From Heteronotia binoei (Eukaryota): a stretch of 64,000 nucleotides of DNA. Below, one piece after another: positions 1 to 13,000 of the stretch. Both the position numbers and the translations under genes were made by a program. The DNA lies in NCBI RefSeq assembly GCF_032191835.1, contig NC_083230.1, positions 133,114,001-133,178,000 on the forward strand, read 5' to 3'. Below the pieces are notes generated by a model. That model was not told where the DNA came from, ran no database searches, and saw nothing but the letters and a program-made list of their open reading frames with translations. The stretch's first letter is position 1. Each line of letters opens with the position of its first letter.

Positions 1-295
1 TGCTAGTCAGAGTAGACCAGGCTGAGCTGGCTGGACCAAGGGCCTGAGTCAGTCGCTGGTGTTCCAGTCGGGGGCCACACAGTGTCAGACACAGGAGTGT
101 CTTCCTTCCTCTTCTCCACGCGGATTCTGCAGCGGTTTCCAGAGGATCTCAGGTGTTAGAAGGGTCTGGAGGGAAGCTTCGCCTCTGTAGTAGGTGTGAT
201 CCTCCGCAGGTCTACTCAGAAGTGAGTTGAGCGGAGCCTCTAGGGCAGACTTGGGCGTGGCCGCAGGTCCTCCTTGTCCCCTCTTGCCTCTGCAG

Positions 296-3200
296 GTGTC
301 TTCCATCAACCGTATCCTGAAGAGGCTGCAGAGGAGGGACCCCCCTGCCACTCCCCCGGGTAAGCCGCCTCTGCTCCCAGGGAAGCCTGCCCAGCCAGGG
401 TCCCCGTCCGCTGCTGCCTCCCTCGGGGCCGCGATCACTGGGCAGACAGGCGGGCGGGGGGGGGTGGCCTGCATCTCCGTCTTCTGCAGCAGCTGCAGGT
501 AGGACTGCAATTAGGGCCAGGCCTGGGCTCCGACCGGGCCACTCGATTCCCTCCGTGAGGCCAAAGTGGGCCCTTCCAAGGTCAAGGCAGAACCAGGGCT
601 GGACAAAGCGGAGGAACTCGGCCGATGCACAGGCTCTGCTGCTGGATCCCCCCCCGGGTGACTCAGGGACCGAGAGCGGTTTGAGGGAGGTCTGCTAAGA
701 GGCCTGCTCTGGCCCATTTGGGGAGGGAAGGGTTCTCGGGGGGGGGGCTTGCTGGAGTCTCTCTGCTGGGAAGCCTGGGGCCTCCAAAGGCCTCCCTCCC
801 TCCCCCCAAAAACAGGCAGGACCAGAAGTTGGCAGCAGATTTATTTATTATTGTATTTTATTTTAGGCAGTTTATAGTCCGCCCTTTCCCAAGGATGGGC
901 TCAGGGCAGATAATAATATTCTAAAAACAGTATTAAAACAACAGTTAAAACCAGAGCAATTTGGACAACAGTTTGACAGATCAACTCCAGACCAACATTT
1001 TGCTTGTTTTAGATTTGGGATCATGTAGCTTCTTCTTCTTGCTGGGTCCCTCTTGTTTTGGGGACAGAATGTATAATAGAGTGGGTTCAAAGCATCAAGA
1101 AGACGAGGCAGCAGTGATGACAGCTCTTTGTTAAAGGCAGCGTGGTATAGGGCTGCCTGAACAAGACTTCTGGCTGGCCGGTGGGGCCAGAACTATATAC
1201 AACTCTGGTTTCCCACATTAGCAGGTCATTGGGCCATTCTAACTGGCCGGGGCCCTCTGATTGGTGCAGGGCAGCAGGTATCAGGATGCTGCTCTCCATT
1301 GTCCCTAGTTCCCCAAGCTCCGTTCTTCCGGCTCCACTAAATAGGGATACCCAGATCCTTGATACAATTCAACATACATGACAGAATGGCTGACGGGACG
1401 TGTTCACCTTCCTTTCTGCAGGCCCCCCAGGCCCTTCCAAGGGCTTTGCAGCAACTCCAGAGCCCCCGCCTGCCCAGCTGGAGGGAGCTGGGGGGCAAAG
1501 GGGCAGGAAGAGACAGTCCCTTTCGAAGGAGCAATGGGAAGCCTTGGAAGAAGGTGACTGCGGGGGGCGGGCAGGGGGCCCAGGCCTGTCTCTGATGCAC
1601 AGCTCCTCTTCTCCTGGGCTCCATGTCATGGGGGGGGGGCACATGCAGAGTGGAACGCACAGCTCCAGCTGCCCCCTCTCCAAAAGGCTCTGCCCCACAT
1701 GATTGGGGTAGAGTACAATCTGAGAGAGGTCACTATAATGGATAACACAACAAAAAATGAAAGCTTGTGACCAATTTACTCAGAAGTAAATCAGTCCAAA
1801 TCATGTACATTCAAGTCCCAAAGTAGTGGGGTGACAAGGCAATCGATTAAGTACTTGTTTCTTTCCAGTCTTCATCAGACGTGGGACCACTAACAAAAGA
1901 AAATATCAGGACATTCAGGCACCACCAACCCTCTTCCAGTGAAAAAGTATATCATACTTACATATTGATTCAATTATATGGATTTTTTACACAATTTTCA
2001 AAAAAGAGGGACGCGGAGCGTCTCCAGCATCAATTTCACCTCGGCTACAGCTATGTGGCTTCTTCTGCATATGTAAGTATGATATCCTTTTCCACTGGAA
2101 GCGGGTTGGTGGTGTCTGAATGTCCTTCTGATATTTTTGTATAATATTTTCTTTTGTTAGTGGTCCCAGTCTGATGATGACTGGAAAGAAACAAGGACTT
2201 AATCAATTGGCTTGTCACCACACTACTTTGGGACTTGAATATACATGTTTTGGACATTTGGACTGGTTTCTATATACTTCTTAGTAAATTGGCCACATGA
2301 TTGGGGAGCTGCAGAAGAGGCTAAGGACTTTGGAAAGGGGAGGGGGTGGGGGAGGAGGGGACAGGGTTTGCATGAGGTAGGCAGGCTGGCTGGCTGGCTG
2401 TGCCCTCTCTGTGCCTCCAATGGGGGGGGCCTGGTGACCTCTTTGCAGCCTCTGCCTTCTTCAACAGAACAAGGGTTTGCTGGAGGGGGTTGCTTTGGAA
2501 GGCAAGGGGGTGGGGCTGAGGCCCTTTCAAACTCCCTTCCAGAATTCCAGAGAGGGCAGTACCCAGGGACAGCAACGTGGGAGAAGCTCTCTGCTGTGAC
2601 CCAGCTCCCCAGGGCCACCATCCGCGTGAGTGAAACTGTCCCCACAGACTGACATTCGCATGCAAGCCCGGAGGACGTGCCAACCGACCCGTGGCTGCAC
2701 TCCCTGCTCTAGACGCCCTCCCAGCAAGGGGTCCAAGGCCTGGCTTCTCCCTCCCGCCCAGCAGAGAGAGCCTCTTCCTGGGCATGCGGCCTTCTTGGCC
2801 AGAGCAGCAGAACCACTTGGCTGCCGCTTCTGCCAGGCTGGGTGGGCCGGGGGCGAGTCCTGCCTCCCTTCCCCAGACGCTCACCCACTTGGCATCCTCC
2901 CATCCCCTGGAAGCAGAGAGGAGTCCCCAGCGCTCCGCCGGCCTCCTGAGCAGCAAGAGACAGGGTGGAAGGGCTACCCAGGGAGTTCTGGACTTAAGAA
3001 AAACTGATTGGCATTGCCCCCCCCCCCCGTTTCTCTTCCTGCTGCGAGAGCCAGAGAGAGACTCCTATCAGGAGAACCAGTTCGATTCTGCACTCTCCCA
3101 CATGCAGCCCGCTGGATGACCTTGAGTCAGTCACAGTTTTCTCAGAGCTCTCAGCCCCCCTCATCACCCAGTGCTGCATAACACTAAAAGACTTAGAACT

Positions 3201-4574
3201 TAAGGATGCCAGACGCTCTTCAACTCTCCTGTCTATACTACACACAATGCCGGATGAGGAGGATACTTATTATTCTTCCGGCTGCCTGGGCTCCCCCAAA
3301 GGGAGCAACCCCCTACCCCCACCCTCTCTGTCCCTGGCCAAAAGAGAATCTCGGGAGTGGGAGAGCCGCCTTTAGGGCTCCCTGGGAGGGGCCATTGGGT
3401 AGGCTCCTGACTCCCCCTCTCTCTGCCAGGGCCCCTGCTCTGGCTTGGCCCGGCCCCCACTCTGCTGGGCACACAGCAATCCCCAGGGGCCACTGTCCCC
3501 ACACCCATAATGTCAAGGGGTCACTCCGTCCAAGAGGGATCTGGGACATGTCTCGTTAGTGGTCCCACTGAGACAAATGGCCTCCCTTTCTTGCTGCTAG
3601 ACATTGGCCGGGGTTCTCCCCCATGTGCAGCCAGCCCCACATCATCACTGGCTCTGCAGGGACCCCCTTGAGCTGGGACAAGAGCGCCCTCTGCAGCTCA
3701 CAGGGAGACAGAAGTCCAGCAGGTGAAACTTCCCCCAGGCCTGAAGGGGCTCCGGACTGGACGGGGGGGGGGGGCTGGAAAGGTCCTGCCAGGCAGTGGG
3801 CGTGCTCCTTGGGGTGCCAGCCAGGGTGGGCAGTGTTGTCCTGGGGGCCCCTAGGCCCAGGCCCTGGAGTCTGTCTTGTGGACGGCCTCACATCACTTAT
3901 TGTCTGCCTTTGCTTCTGAGACTCAAGGAGGTCTGCGCGCTTTCTGCGGGGGGGGGGGGGGTCCTACTTTGATCCAGCAGCAAGCAAGGCAATGCAGCAC
4001 GGGCAGGAGAAGGACGCAGCACTAAAACGGAACAGAGCGCCAGCAAAGCCAGGGAAATGGCCTCCAACACCACAGGCCGTCCCCCAGAATCCCCCCCCCC
4101 GTGCAGAGAAAGGGGACCCAGAAGCCTCCCAGGAAAAAGAAGAGCGCCACGTAGCCCCCCCCCCCCCAGACTCACTGCCTGAGATCCCAGGATGGGCAAG
4201 ACCAGCTCCCCTCAGGACCAGCCCTGCAGAACTGGCTTCTGGTTGGCTTTGCAGGGGACCCCAGGCTCTGCTGTGCGGAAGGTGGGGGGTTGGGTCCCTC
4301 TAGGGTGGCTGCCTGTCCTCCTCCAGCAGGCCAGCCAGATGCCCCAGCCAGGCACAGCCTCCGCCTCCAGCACTCGGAGGGAGACTGCCTTGACCCTGGG
4401 AGGCAGCACTCACTCCTTGGAGTGTCCCCTCTAGGGTGTTTCTTGGGGGCCTCTGCGGGGGGGGGGGCTCACCCATCTGCCGGCTGACCCCGACTTCTCC
4501 CTCTTGCCAACTAGGTCTGGTTCTCGAATCGGAGGGCGAGATGGCGGCGGGAGACGCCTGCGGACTGCTCAGGT
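296..4574 (+). CDS. PAX4: Paired box protein Pax-4, partial: end of paired domain plus homeodomain; 5' exons lie upstream of the window and the C-terminus is unresolved
   Basis: Four in-phase exons: 296-359 (VSSINRILKRLQ, end of paired domain, AG/GT), 1422-1553 (..GRKRQSLSKEQWEALEE, AG/GT), 2543-2625 (83 nt, EFQRGQYPGTATWEKLSAVTQLPRATIR, AG/GT) and 4515 onward (VWFSNRRARWRR, Pax-type Ser50; 3' end uncertain). EFQRGQYP matches PAX4. The gene is tail-to-tail with FSCN3 as in human 7q32. Confidence 0.9.
1709..2297. mobile_element. Foldback (long inverted repeat) insertion in a PAX4 intron
   Basis: Arm 1766-1965 is the imperfect reverse complement of arm 2069-2297 (e.g. ttcaagtcccaaagtagt / actactttgggacttgaa and gggaccactaacaaaagaaaata / tattttcttttgttagtggtccc), with a ~103-bp spacer. 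A 14-bp direct repeat ccacatgattgggg occurs at 1695-1708 and 2293-2306. The block is AT-rich in GC-rich surroundings. Confidence 0.75.
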
Positions 4575-5670
4575 TCTGCTCTGCCCACAAAGGAGCACCC
4601 CCTCCCCTCGCACTGGGAGAGCCAGCCGCTTGCCCTGCCTCTGGGCCCCTGCTCTGGGGGTCTTGTCCCCTGCATGGCTGAGCAGGGGCCCGACGTGAGC
4701 TCCTCCTCCTCCTCGGCAGCCTGGCCCATCCCAAGATGCTCCTCCCAGGATGGGGTGGGGTGGGGCTGTTGCCCTGACACCCAGGGGGCATCATGGCGGG
4801 GAGCCCCCACGCAAGGGGCCCTTCCTTCTTCTCCCCCCCCCGCAGGGGCCGTGTGGGGCTGGGGGCTCTCCTCCGTGGCCCCAGCTGCTGCCCGGGGATG
4901 GGCTCCCGTCCCATCGGCCCCCAGCCCTGCTTCTCTCTCTGAGCAGGTAGTCAGACGCCTCAAGGCCCGGGGGGGGGGGAGTGGAGGGTTGCCCCATCCC
5001 TCCCTGCTGGCCCCCCCTGCCTGCCCTCCTGGCCAGAGCCCTCCCTCCTCCTCGGCCTGCCCCCCCCCAGCCCCAGCTCCCCGGGCCCCTTCCCCACCCA
5101 CCAGGCTTCTTGGCAAGCCAGCACTGTGCTCTCCAGCAGCGCCCCTTCTGTCCCCACCACCCGCCCACTCCCGTCCTGCTCCACCATGGCCAGGCTCAGC
5201 CTCCATGACGCGGGGGAGGGGGGCTGCGGCTGAGGGGAAAGGACGGAGGAGGTGTCGGGAAAGACCTCCAGCGGAGGAGACCCCTGAGGGCTGACCGGAG
5301 GGTCTGGCCCAGCAGAAGGCAGCTTCTTGCCTCCATGGCCAGCTGGCAGGGAAGAGGGCTGGTGTGGAGAAGAGGGACTCCTCGTCCAGTCCTGCTGGGG
5401 GAGAAAAGAGCCTCTCCTGCAGGCCACGGAGGACGTGGAGCCCAGCCAAGCGGCTGCCACGAGGGCTTCCGGGGGCAGGAAGGACCCTCTTCTCTGCTCA
5501 GCTCTGCCTTTCCCGCTTGGTCCTGAGCCAGGCCCACTGGCCAGCAGACCCTTGGGGCCCAGCCCTCCTTTTGCGGCTCCGGCCGGCCGGCAGGGAGAGC
5601 CAACTGCCCCCCCTCTGCAGGGCCAAAGGGCCTCCGGCCTCCTTGCCCTCAGCTCTGCTGCCTGCCGCAG

Positions 5671-5747
5671 CTTCCTTCCTTCCTTCCTTCCTTCCTTCCT
5701 TCCTTCCTTCCTTCCTTCCTTCCTTCCTTCCTTCCTTCCTTCCTTCC
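5671..5747. repeat. (TTCC)n microsatellite, ~19 units
   Basis: Read directly from the sequence. Confidence 0.97.
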
Positions 5748-8700
5748 AATGGCTCCTGCCATGGGGCATCCCTGAGATCCCTGGAAAGTCTTGCTGAGGG
5801 AACCCTGAGCAGCTGGGCTGGGTCAGCACCGGAGCACAGACAGGCCCACAACTGCTTTCCCCAGCAGCAGCAGCAGGAGGTGCAATGACTCTGCAAAAGG
5901 GGCCTCACTGTGGCCGCTGCCTCCACCTCCTTGGGGAGCGAATGAAGCCCTTCTGTTGTTTCCGCCCTCTGCAGCTGAGCTCGTGCCTGGCCCAGAAGCC
6001 CAGGGCTCCACCGCCTTCCATCTCCACCCGGGAACGGCACCTCGTTTACACCTGACCCCCTCCACGCCTTCTGCCTGCACGGAGCCCTTCTGCGGTAAGA
6101 GCAGCCTTCCGGGGGGGCTACTCAGTGGGGGTGGGAAGGGGGGCAGGGACAGGTGCTCCTTGACACCTGGGCACTGGGGGGGGGGCACTGCTCCACTGAG
6201 CAGGGGGCAGGTCTTTCCCAAGGCATGAGCTCTCCCTGCTCCGTCTGCAGGGCTGGCCGCTGGAGGGACCTTGCCTCCCTCACCTGGGAGACTGGAAGCC
6301 CCCCCTCCTCTGCCGCCTGGAGCCATGGAACCCCTGCCCCCCCCCCCCAACACGCACAAAGGCCTTTTCCTCCTGGAACTCTGTGTAAGTCCCCCTTCCT
6401 GCCCAGAGAGCAGACTTCATAGTTCAAGGGCTGTGCTGGCACAAAAAGGCTTCTAAACCCCTGGCTGAGGAGAGCGAGCACCAGGCTGTGTGGCAAGAGA
6501 GGCCTCCAGAAGCTCTGCATCGGGAGGAGACCTCCAGCAGGGGAGGTCCTCCCGGCCAGATCCCAAAGGGTCTTCTGGGGCCTTGGGTTGGATCGGTTAG
6601 CCGTGTCATTTTCTTTGTTGGTTGTCACTGAGCAGCCACAGATGGGAAATTCTGCTCAAAGGAACCACTCGTAGTCTCTGCTGCAAGGAGACAGTGTCCC
6701 AAGAGACCAAGCCCCCCACCCACCCCCTGCAGCATTCTGCTCACCCAGGAAGCCCCCTCCCCACCCAATGTGCACAGGGGGCGTTCCAGTGCCTTGTGCT
6801 CCAGGTCCTTCACCTCCCTTGGGCAGCCTCCCAGCTCTCAGAAGCGATCCGCGCATGCTGGGACTGGGTCCTGTGCCAGGGGCTGCAGTCGAACACTCGG
6901 ACCCTGCACCCCCCCCCCACCGCCACCAACGGCCAGCCTTCTTTCCCTCGTCTGAGGCCTCCGGGCACCAGCAGCCCGCAAGCGGTCTCTCCTGGGTCTC
7001 CCCCCCCCCACCCCGAGGTGCCTTAGTGGCCTCATCCCTGGTCTTCTGCTTCCCAGTGGCTGCTTCCTGCCTTCACCCGACACTGGGGAAGGAGTGATGT
7101 GCCCCCTTTTCTCATTATTGTGTTCAAACAGTGGAGGTCTGTGGGGCACAAAGATCAGCAGCCAGCATTCAAAATGAGAAAGCACTTATTGAAAATAAAA
7201 TATCTCCACACCGACTCTCAGACAGCACAAGTTTGGGCAAGAAATCCCAAAGCACAGGTGGGAGCAGGTGATCCTTTTGTCCCTCAGCCTGGCTGACCTT
7301 ATGCTGCCCATTGCCTGGCTCTTGGTTCAGGCAGGCAGCCACGGATGGAGCCCAGAGGAGAGCCGCTTCCTCCGGCCGAGGTGGTGCTCCAAAAGGAGCC
7401 TCTCTTCTGTCTTCCCACTGCAGCTCCCCGCAGAGGCCCTGTTGCTGCAAAAGGAACAGGGCTCCTGGGATGGGGAGGGGTGGCCAGTTCTCACCCCGAG
7501 CTGCTTTAAGTCAGAGAAACAGCATGCGAGGGGAGGCAATTAACTCCCCCTTGAGGATGCCATGGGGCCCAATGGGTTGGGGTTCTTGGGGCTGCTATAT
7601 CCAGCACTGTCATTCAAACCAGAGAGGCTGCAAGGGGGCGGCCCCCTTTCCGCCTTCGTGATGCCTGCCTGCAAGCAGAAATGGTCTCTGGGCCTTTGCA
7701 CTGTTTGCCTTGGGGGCTGAGTGTGAGCCCAGGCAGTGAGGAAGCCGCCCGTGGCAGACACAAAGACCTGGGCACCAGGTGGGCTCTCCATGGGAGGGGC
7801 TTAGACCTGACTTTCTGCTATGGCCTGCTGGCTTGTTTCCTGATGCCCAGTGCTCCTGAGCCTTCCTCTGGGCATTGCACAGCACCCCGCAATGTCTCTG
7901 CTTGGGCTGCTGCCTGCCTTCTTCCAAATGCCACTCGCTCGCTGAAAGAGACTCCAGAACCAGCTGTCTGGACAGGGAGATCTGAATCCAGGGGGCTCAG
8001 CTGGCCAGAAGTGGAGAAGAATCCTCTCTTTCGAGGGGCTTTCTGTGCACCACAGTGGAGGGGAGGATCCTATAATGCAGAGATTGGTTTACTGCCTGTA
8101 CAAAGACATCTTTTTCTCCCTTTCTTTTTTGGGGTGGGGCACAAGAACACTTCGATGAGCCCTAAGCGGGGCTGCAGCCTCTAATGCTGGGGCTGCTTTC
8201 TAGCTCTCAGTGCCGCCTGCACAATGTTATGCCGTCCCCTCCCCTCCCCCCCTTAGCTGTCTTGTTTGCTATACGGAACCCGCCCCCCCCCCATGCTTCG
8301 GGCTGGCCGCCTGGGGAAGGTGCTCTGGCTCCTGGATCCTTTCTGTTCCCTTCCCACACTGGCCTCTCAGTCTTTGCCTTCCTCCAGCTCTGCTATGGGG
8401 AGTATGTAAGGGAGACACTGCGCACCCCCCCCCCCCACATGCCAGAGGCACTTCAGGCATGCTCAGAAGCTAGAGCTGGCCAGGCAGCAGCAATAGGCCC
8501 CTGCCACTGGGACTCCTCAGAGGCAGCTGCCCCCCCCACTGGCTTACGGGCCAAGTCTGCTCCTGCTGGGCTCCTCCCCCCCCTCCCCCCCCCAGTCTTC
8601 TCCCAGACTGTGTCTGCGGCAGAGTGACCACGTCCCAAGGCATGCAGTGAGGGACGGGAGGGGCCTCCCTCCGAGGTTTAGCCACGGATGCCAAACCAAG

Positions 8701-10089
8701 GACCCCAGCAAAAGGGGAGGGCTGTCTCTTTCTTGCCAGTGCAGCTGCAGTGAAGGAGCCATCAGCCTGCCAGGCATGAAATCCGCAGGGGATTCATCTG
8801 CACGGATTTTCACTTCTTTTGGACCCCCCCCCCCCCCGAGTTTCTTCCCACCAAAGCGATTTTCATTGTTCTTCACTGGCCCACTTTATAGGGGAAGCAT
8901 CGCCTGCATCCTTCCTGTAAGCTAAGCTGCTGGCAGCACCCAAAACCTTCACTGAGGACCCTCCCTGGCAAGTCCCAGCCCTCAATGGGATGCCCCTGAC
9001 CCCTCTCCTGCCACCAGCCCAGTGGGGAAGAAGGGCTGTGGCTGCACCCTGGAGCAGGCTGGGCACGTCCTCAGAAGACCCGCCCCAGGGCCAAGCCCTC
9101 AGTTTCCAGAAAGGTCTGTAGGCCCTACCCCAGAACTCCGGCCACCCCCCCCCCCAGGCAAAGGTCACACGTTCAACTGACATGGGCCTGGGCGGTGCAG
9201 CCAGTGAGGGTCCACCCAATCCAGCATCCTGTTTCACACAGCAGCCAGTTGCCCTGGAAGGCTGGCCACAGCACATAAGAGGCCAAGGCCTTCTCCTGGC
9301 AGCAATGCAGATCCTGTGAATTGAGGGGGAGGTGTCGGAGAGCTTCTTGCATTGTGCTGGGGGTTGGACTAGATGACCCTGGAGGTTCCCTTCCAGATTC
9401 TCTGCTGTTGCCTCCTTCCTGGCCCTGGGATGCAGCGGCTGCCTGCCTCTGAAGGCGGAGGTGCCCTTGAGTCGCCACTGACAGACCAATTCCCAGGGCA
9501 GATGTCCAACTCCCTTTGCAAGCTGCTTCTTTCTGCATCCTCTGGCATTTTAATCCCTCTTTCCTTTGGTCCTTGCAGGATCAACTGGCCACCGACTTCG
9601 CTGGATGCCCTGGAGTGCTCCAGTATTTTGAGAGAGACGCAGGAGCCAGAGCCCACCAGCCCAGCATTCTGCTTGAGGGGCCACTTCTGATGATGCCTTG
9701 ACCTGGGAACGGGTCAGTGCCGGCCTGGCAACACCCCCGCTGGCTCTGTGGAGGCAGACTCCACCCTTGGGCAACAAAACGGTCACTCAGCCTCTTTGAC
9801 TCAGGAGGGCTTTTAAAAGCCAGTTTCCTTTTTATACACTGCTTTGAATGTTGAAATACAGCTTTAGAAATGTTGTAGAGGGGAAATTCTATATAAAGCA
9901 CAGTTCTAACTCGGGGGAAGCGGGAGGGCGGGTTGGAAGCCAGTTCTTCTGTGTTCACTGACCCCAGCTGGGGCAAGGAGCTGGGCAGATGCATCAGCCA
10001 TCTCCGGGGGGGGGGGGGGTCTGATCTCCTGGTCTCACCTGAAGGTGGGCGAAGCAAGAGCTTCCTGCACCATCCCCCCCCCCCTCAGT

Positions 10090-13000
10090 CTAGAACTCCC
10101 AGAGGCTCTCGCCGGTCACTTCCGTGCTGTCGGCCATGAGGGCGCCTTCCCGGTCCCCCCGCAGATAGTAGCCGTTGGGGGCCAGGATGGCCAGACGGTT
10201 GTTCCCTCGGACCTCCAAGCAGAAGTTCAAGCCAAACTTCCCCCAAGTCTGAAAGGTCTTCTCTGAAGTCAGCGACCAAAAGCTCTTGCCGTGGGCTGCA
10301 GGAGGAAGCCAGGCATGAGAAGACAAAGGGAAGAAGGGGTGGCCCCTTGCCTGCCCCCCAGGGAGGGGGGGTCTCTGGCCAACATAGCAAAAAGAGACAG
10401 CTGACCGTGAGTTCTCTCAAGGACCCCCCTGCAGCTGCAGCAGGAAGGCGGCAGCCCAGCAACCTCCCCACCACCTTGGGGGCATGCAGCATCACGCAGA
10501 GAACCAGCCCCGCCTGGCACGGGAAGCCGGGCTGCACTCCCCACGATTGAGGGTTGGGGGGAGGAAGGGGCCCTGCAGGGAGAGCCCCCCCCTTACTCTG
10601 GAGGTGGTAGACGCTGTGCTTGCAGGGCAACAGTTCGATGCAGTCGGGCTCCAGGAGGTTGCACTGCAGGACCTCGTGGCCGGGGGCACTCCCCACGTAG
10701 CCGTAGCAGCCGCGCAGCAACAGAAAGGAGCGGTTGGCCAGCCGCAGCTCAAACTCCTCACTGGGCCCTGCAGCCAGAGACAGCCGCGGTCAGCAGGAGT
10801 CTCTTGGCCAGAGACCCGGAGAGAGGAAGCAGGAGGCCTGGCCCGGGATGTGCTTCCCTGGCTTCCAAGGGCCCCTTCGTGGAGCCACAACAGCCACACG
10901 GAGCCTCCAGGCTCAGAGGCAGTCTCTCTGCAGCCATTGCTGGGGGAAGCAACCCACAGAGGGGGGCTCTTGTGCTCCCTCCCAAGTCTCTGCCCAGCCG
11001 GCAGGGGAGCCACCTCTTCCCCAAGGCGGGCACAGCCCTGGCAGGGCTGAGGAGGCAGCCGGACTCCCCCCTAGAGAGACAAGAGAAGGAGCTGCCTGCT
11101 GCTCTCCTCACCTGGGCGCCTGGCTCTGGCCACCACCAGCCCGACTGGGACAGTGCCCAGGAAGCAGCCGTTGGAAGCCCTCAGGAAGATCTTCCCATAA
11201 TGCCACAGAATGTGGAAGCAGGTCTTGGCCTCTCTGCAGCAGCCGTTGGCCAATACACGCTTGCCGTCTCTCTGCAAAGAGGCAAAACGGGGCTCTTCTC
11301 TGGAGCAGGCAGTCATCTCCCTCCCCCCGCCCCCACAGCCTTCTCTTATTATGGTTGGAAGCTGTTTTGTTTTACTTCCTAAGCAGCCCCCCCCTTTTCC
11401 CCGAGACGGAAGGTGGGTCACGCAACTGAAGACAAGGCTGCCAATAACACAGGACATGAACAGCGCCTTGAAGCGAAGCCAAGAGTCTCAGACGGGAGGC
11501 AGGAAATGGCAACGCCACACTAGAAGCCCAGGCAGTCAGAGACGGGCGATCCACACGGTCCTGCGTACAGCCAGCCAGCTAGTCCACCCTCCCCTGCTTT
11601 GCAAAAAGCACCTTCGTGACCCTTCTGCCCCACGCCCTTGATGGAAATACTCTCCCCGTGCAATTCTGTTTTACGCAGTTTGGGGAAGTCTTCCTGACCC
11701 CCCCAGGCAGCCCATCCCACAAGGCAGAGGCCACCACACAGAAGGCAGGGGTTTATCTGGCTCCTTTCCGGGGGGGCCCTGCCTTGCAGGTGGCCCCCCC
11801 ATGCCTGCAAAATGGCCTCCCACAGCAGGGGGTCTTCACACCCAAATAACAGCCTATACCTCTGCGCTGAACATCATCACTATAACAGATATACTTTATC
11901 TCTATTGTTTCAATGATGAATCTCAGAAAGGTCCCAATCTCCTTCACCAACCCGCCCCCCTGCCACCCACAACAGACACACTGTGATGTGGGTGGGGCTG
12001 AGAGGGCTCTCACAGCAGCTGCCCTTCCAAGGACAACTCCTACGAGAGCTCTGGCTGACCCAAGGCCATTCCAGCAGCTGCACATGGAGGAGTGGGGAAT
12101 CAAACCCAGTTCTCCCAGATAAGACAGCTCTGGCTGACCCAAGGCCATTCCTGCAGCTGCACATGGAGGAGTGGGGAATCAAACCCGGTTCTCCCAGATA
12201 AGAGAGCTCTGGCTGACCCAAGGCCATTCCAGCAGATGCAAGTGGGGAGGGGGGAATCAAACCCGATTCTCCCAGATAAGAAAGCTCTGGCTGACCCAAG
12301 GCCATTCCAGCAGCTGCAAGTGGAGGAGGGAGGAATCAAACCTGGTTCTCTCAGATAAGAGAGCTCTGGCTGACCCAAGGCCATTCCAGCAGCTGCAAGT
12401 GGAGGAGTGGGGAATCAAACCCGGTTCTTCCAGATAAGAGAGCTATGGCTGACCCAAGCCCATTCCAGCAGGTGCAAGTGGAGGAGTGGGGAATCAAACC
12501 CGGTTCTCCCACATAAGAGAGCTCTGGCTGACCCAAGGCCATTCCAGCAGCTGCAAGCGGAGGAGTGGGGAATCAAACCCAGTTCTCCCAGATAAGAGAG
12601 CTCTGGCTGACCCAAGGCCATTCCAGCAGGTGCAAGTGGAGGAGTGGGGAATCAAACCTGGTTCTCCCAGATCAGAGAGCTCTGGCTGACCCAAGGCCAT
12701 GCCAGCAGGTGCAAGTGGAGGAGTGGGGAATCAAACCCGGTTCTCCCAGATAAGAGAGCTCTGGCTGACCCAAGGCCATGCCAGCAGGTGCAAGTGGAGG
12801 AGTGGGGAATCAAACCTGCTCTCCCAGATAAGAATCCACACACTTCACCACTACACCAAACTGACTAAACTAGTGTTTTTATCACAGTATCTACCTCCTG
12901 CTGTTCAGTAGTCTCTCATACTGTAATCCTCTGTTTGTGTGTTGCACAACAGGAGTTCTAGCTTCTCATAGCAACTAAGCTGCAATGTTCTGCACCAGCT

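Noticed and set aside
4960-6040. ORFs with (KEGR)n or (PSFL)n repeats
   Set aside because: They are translations of the (TTCC)n microsatellite.
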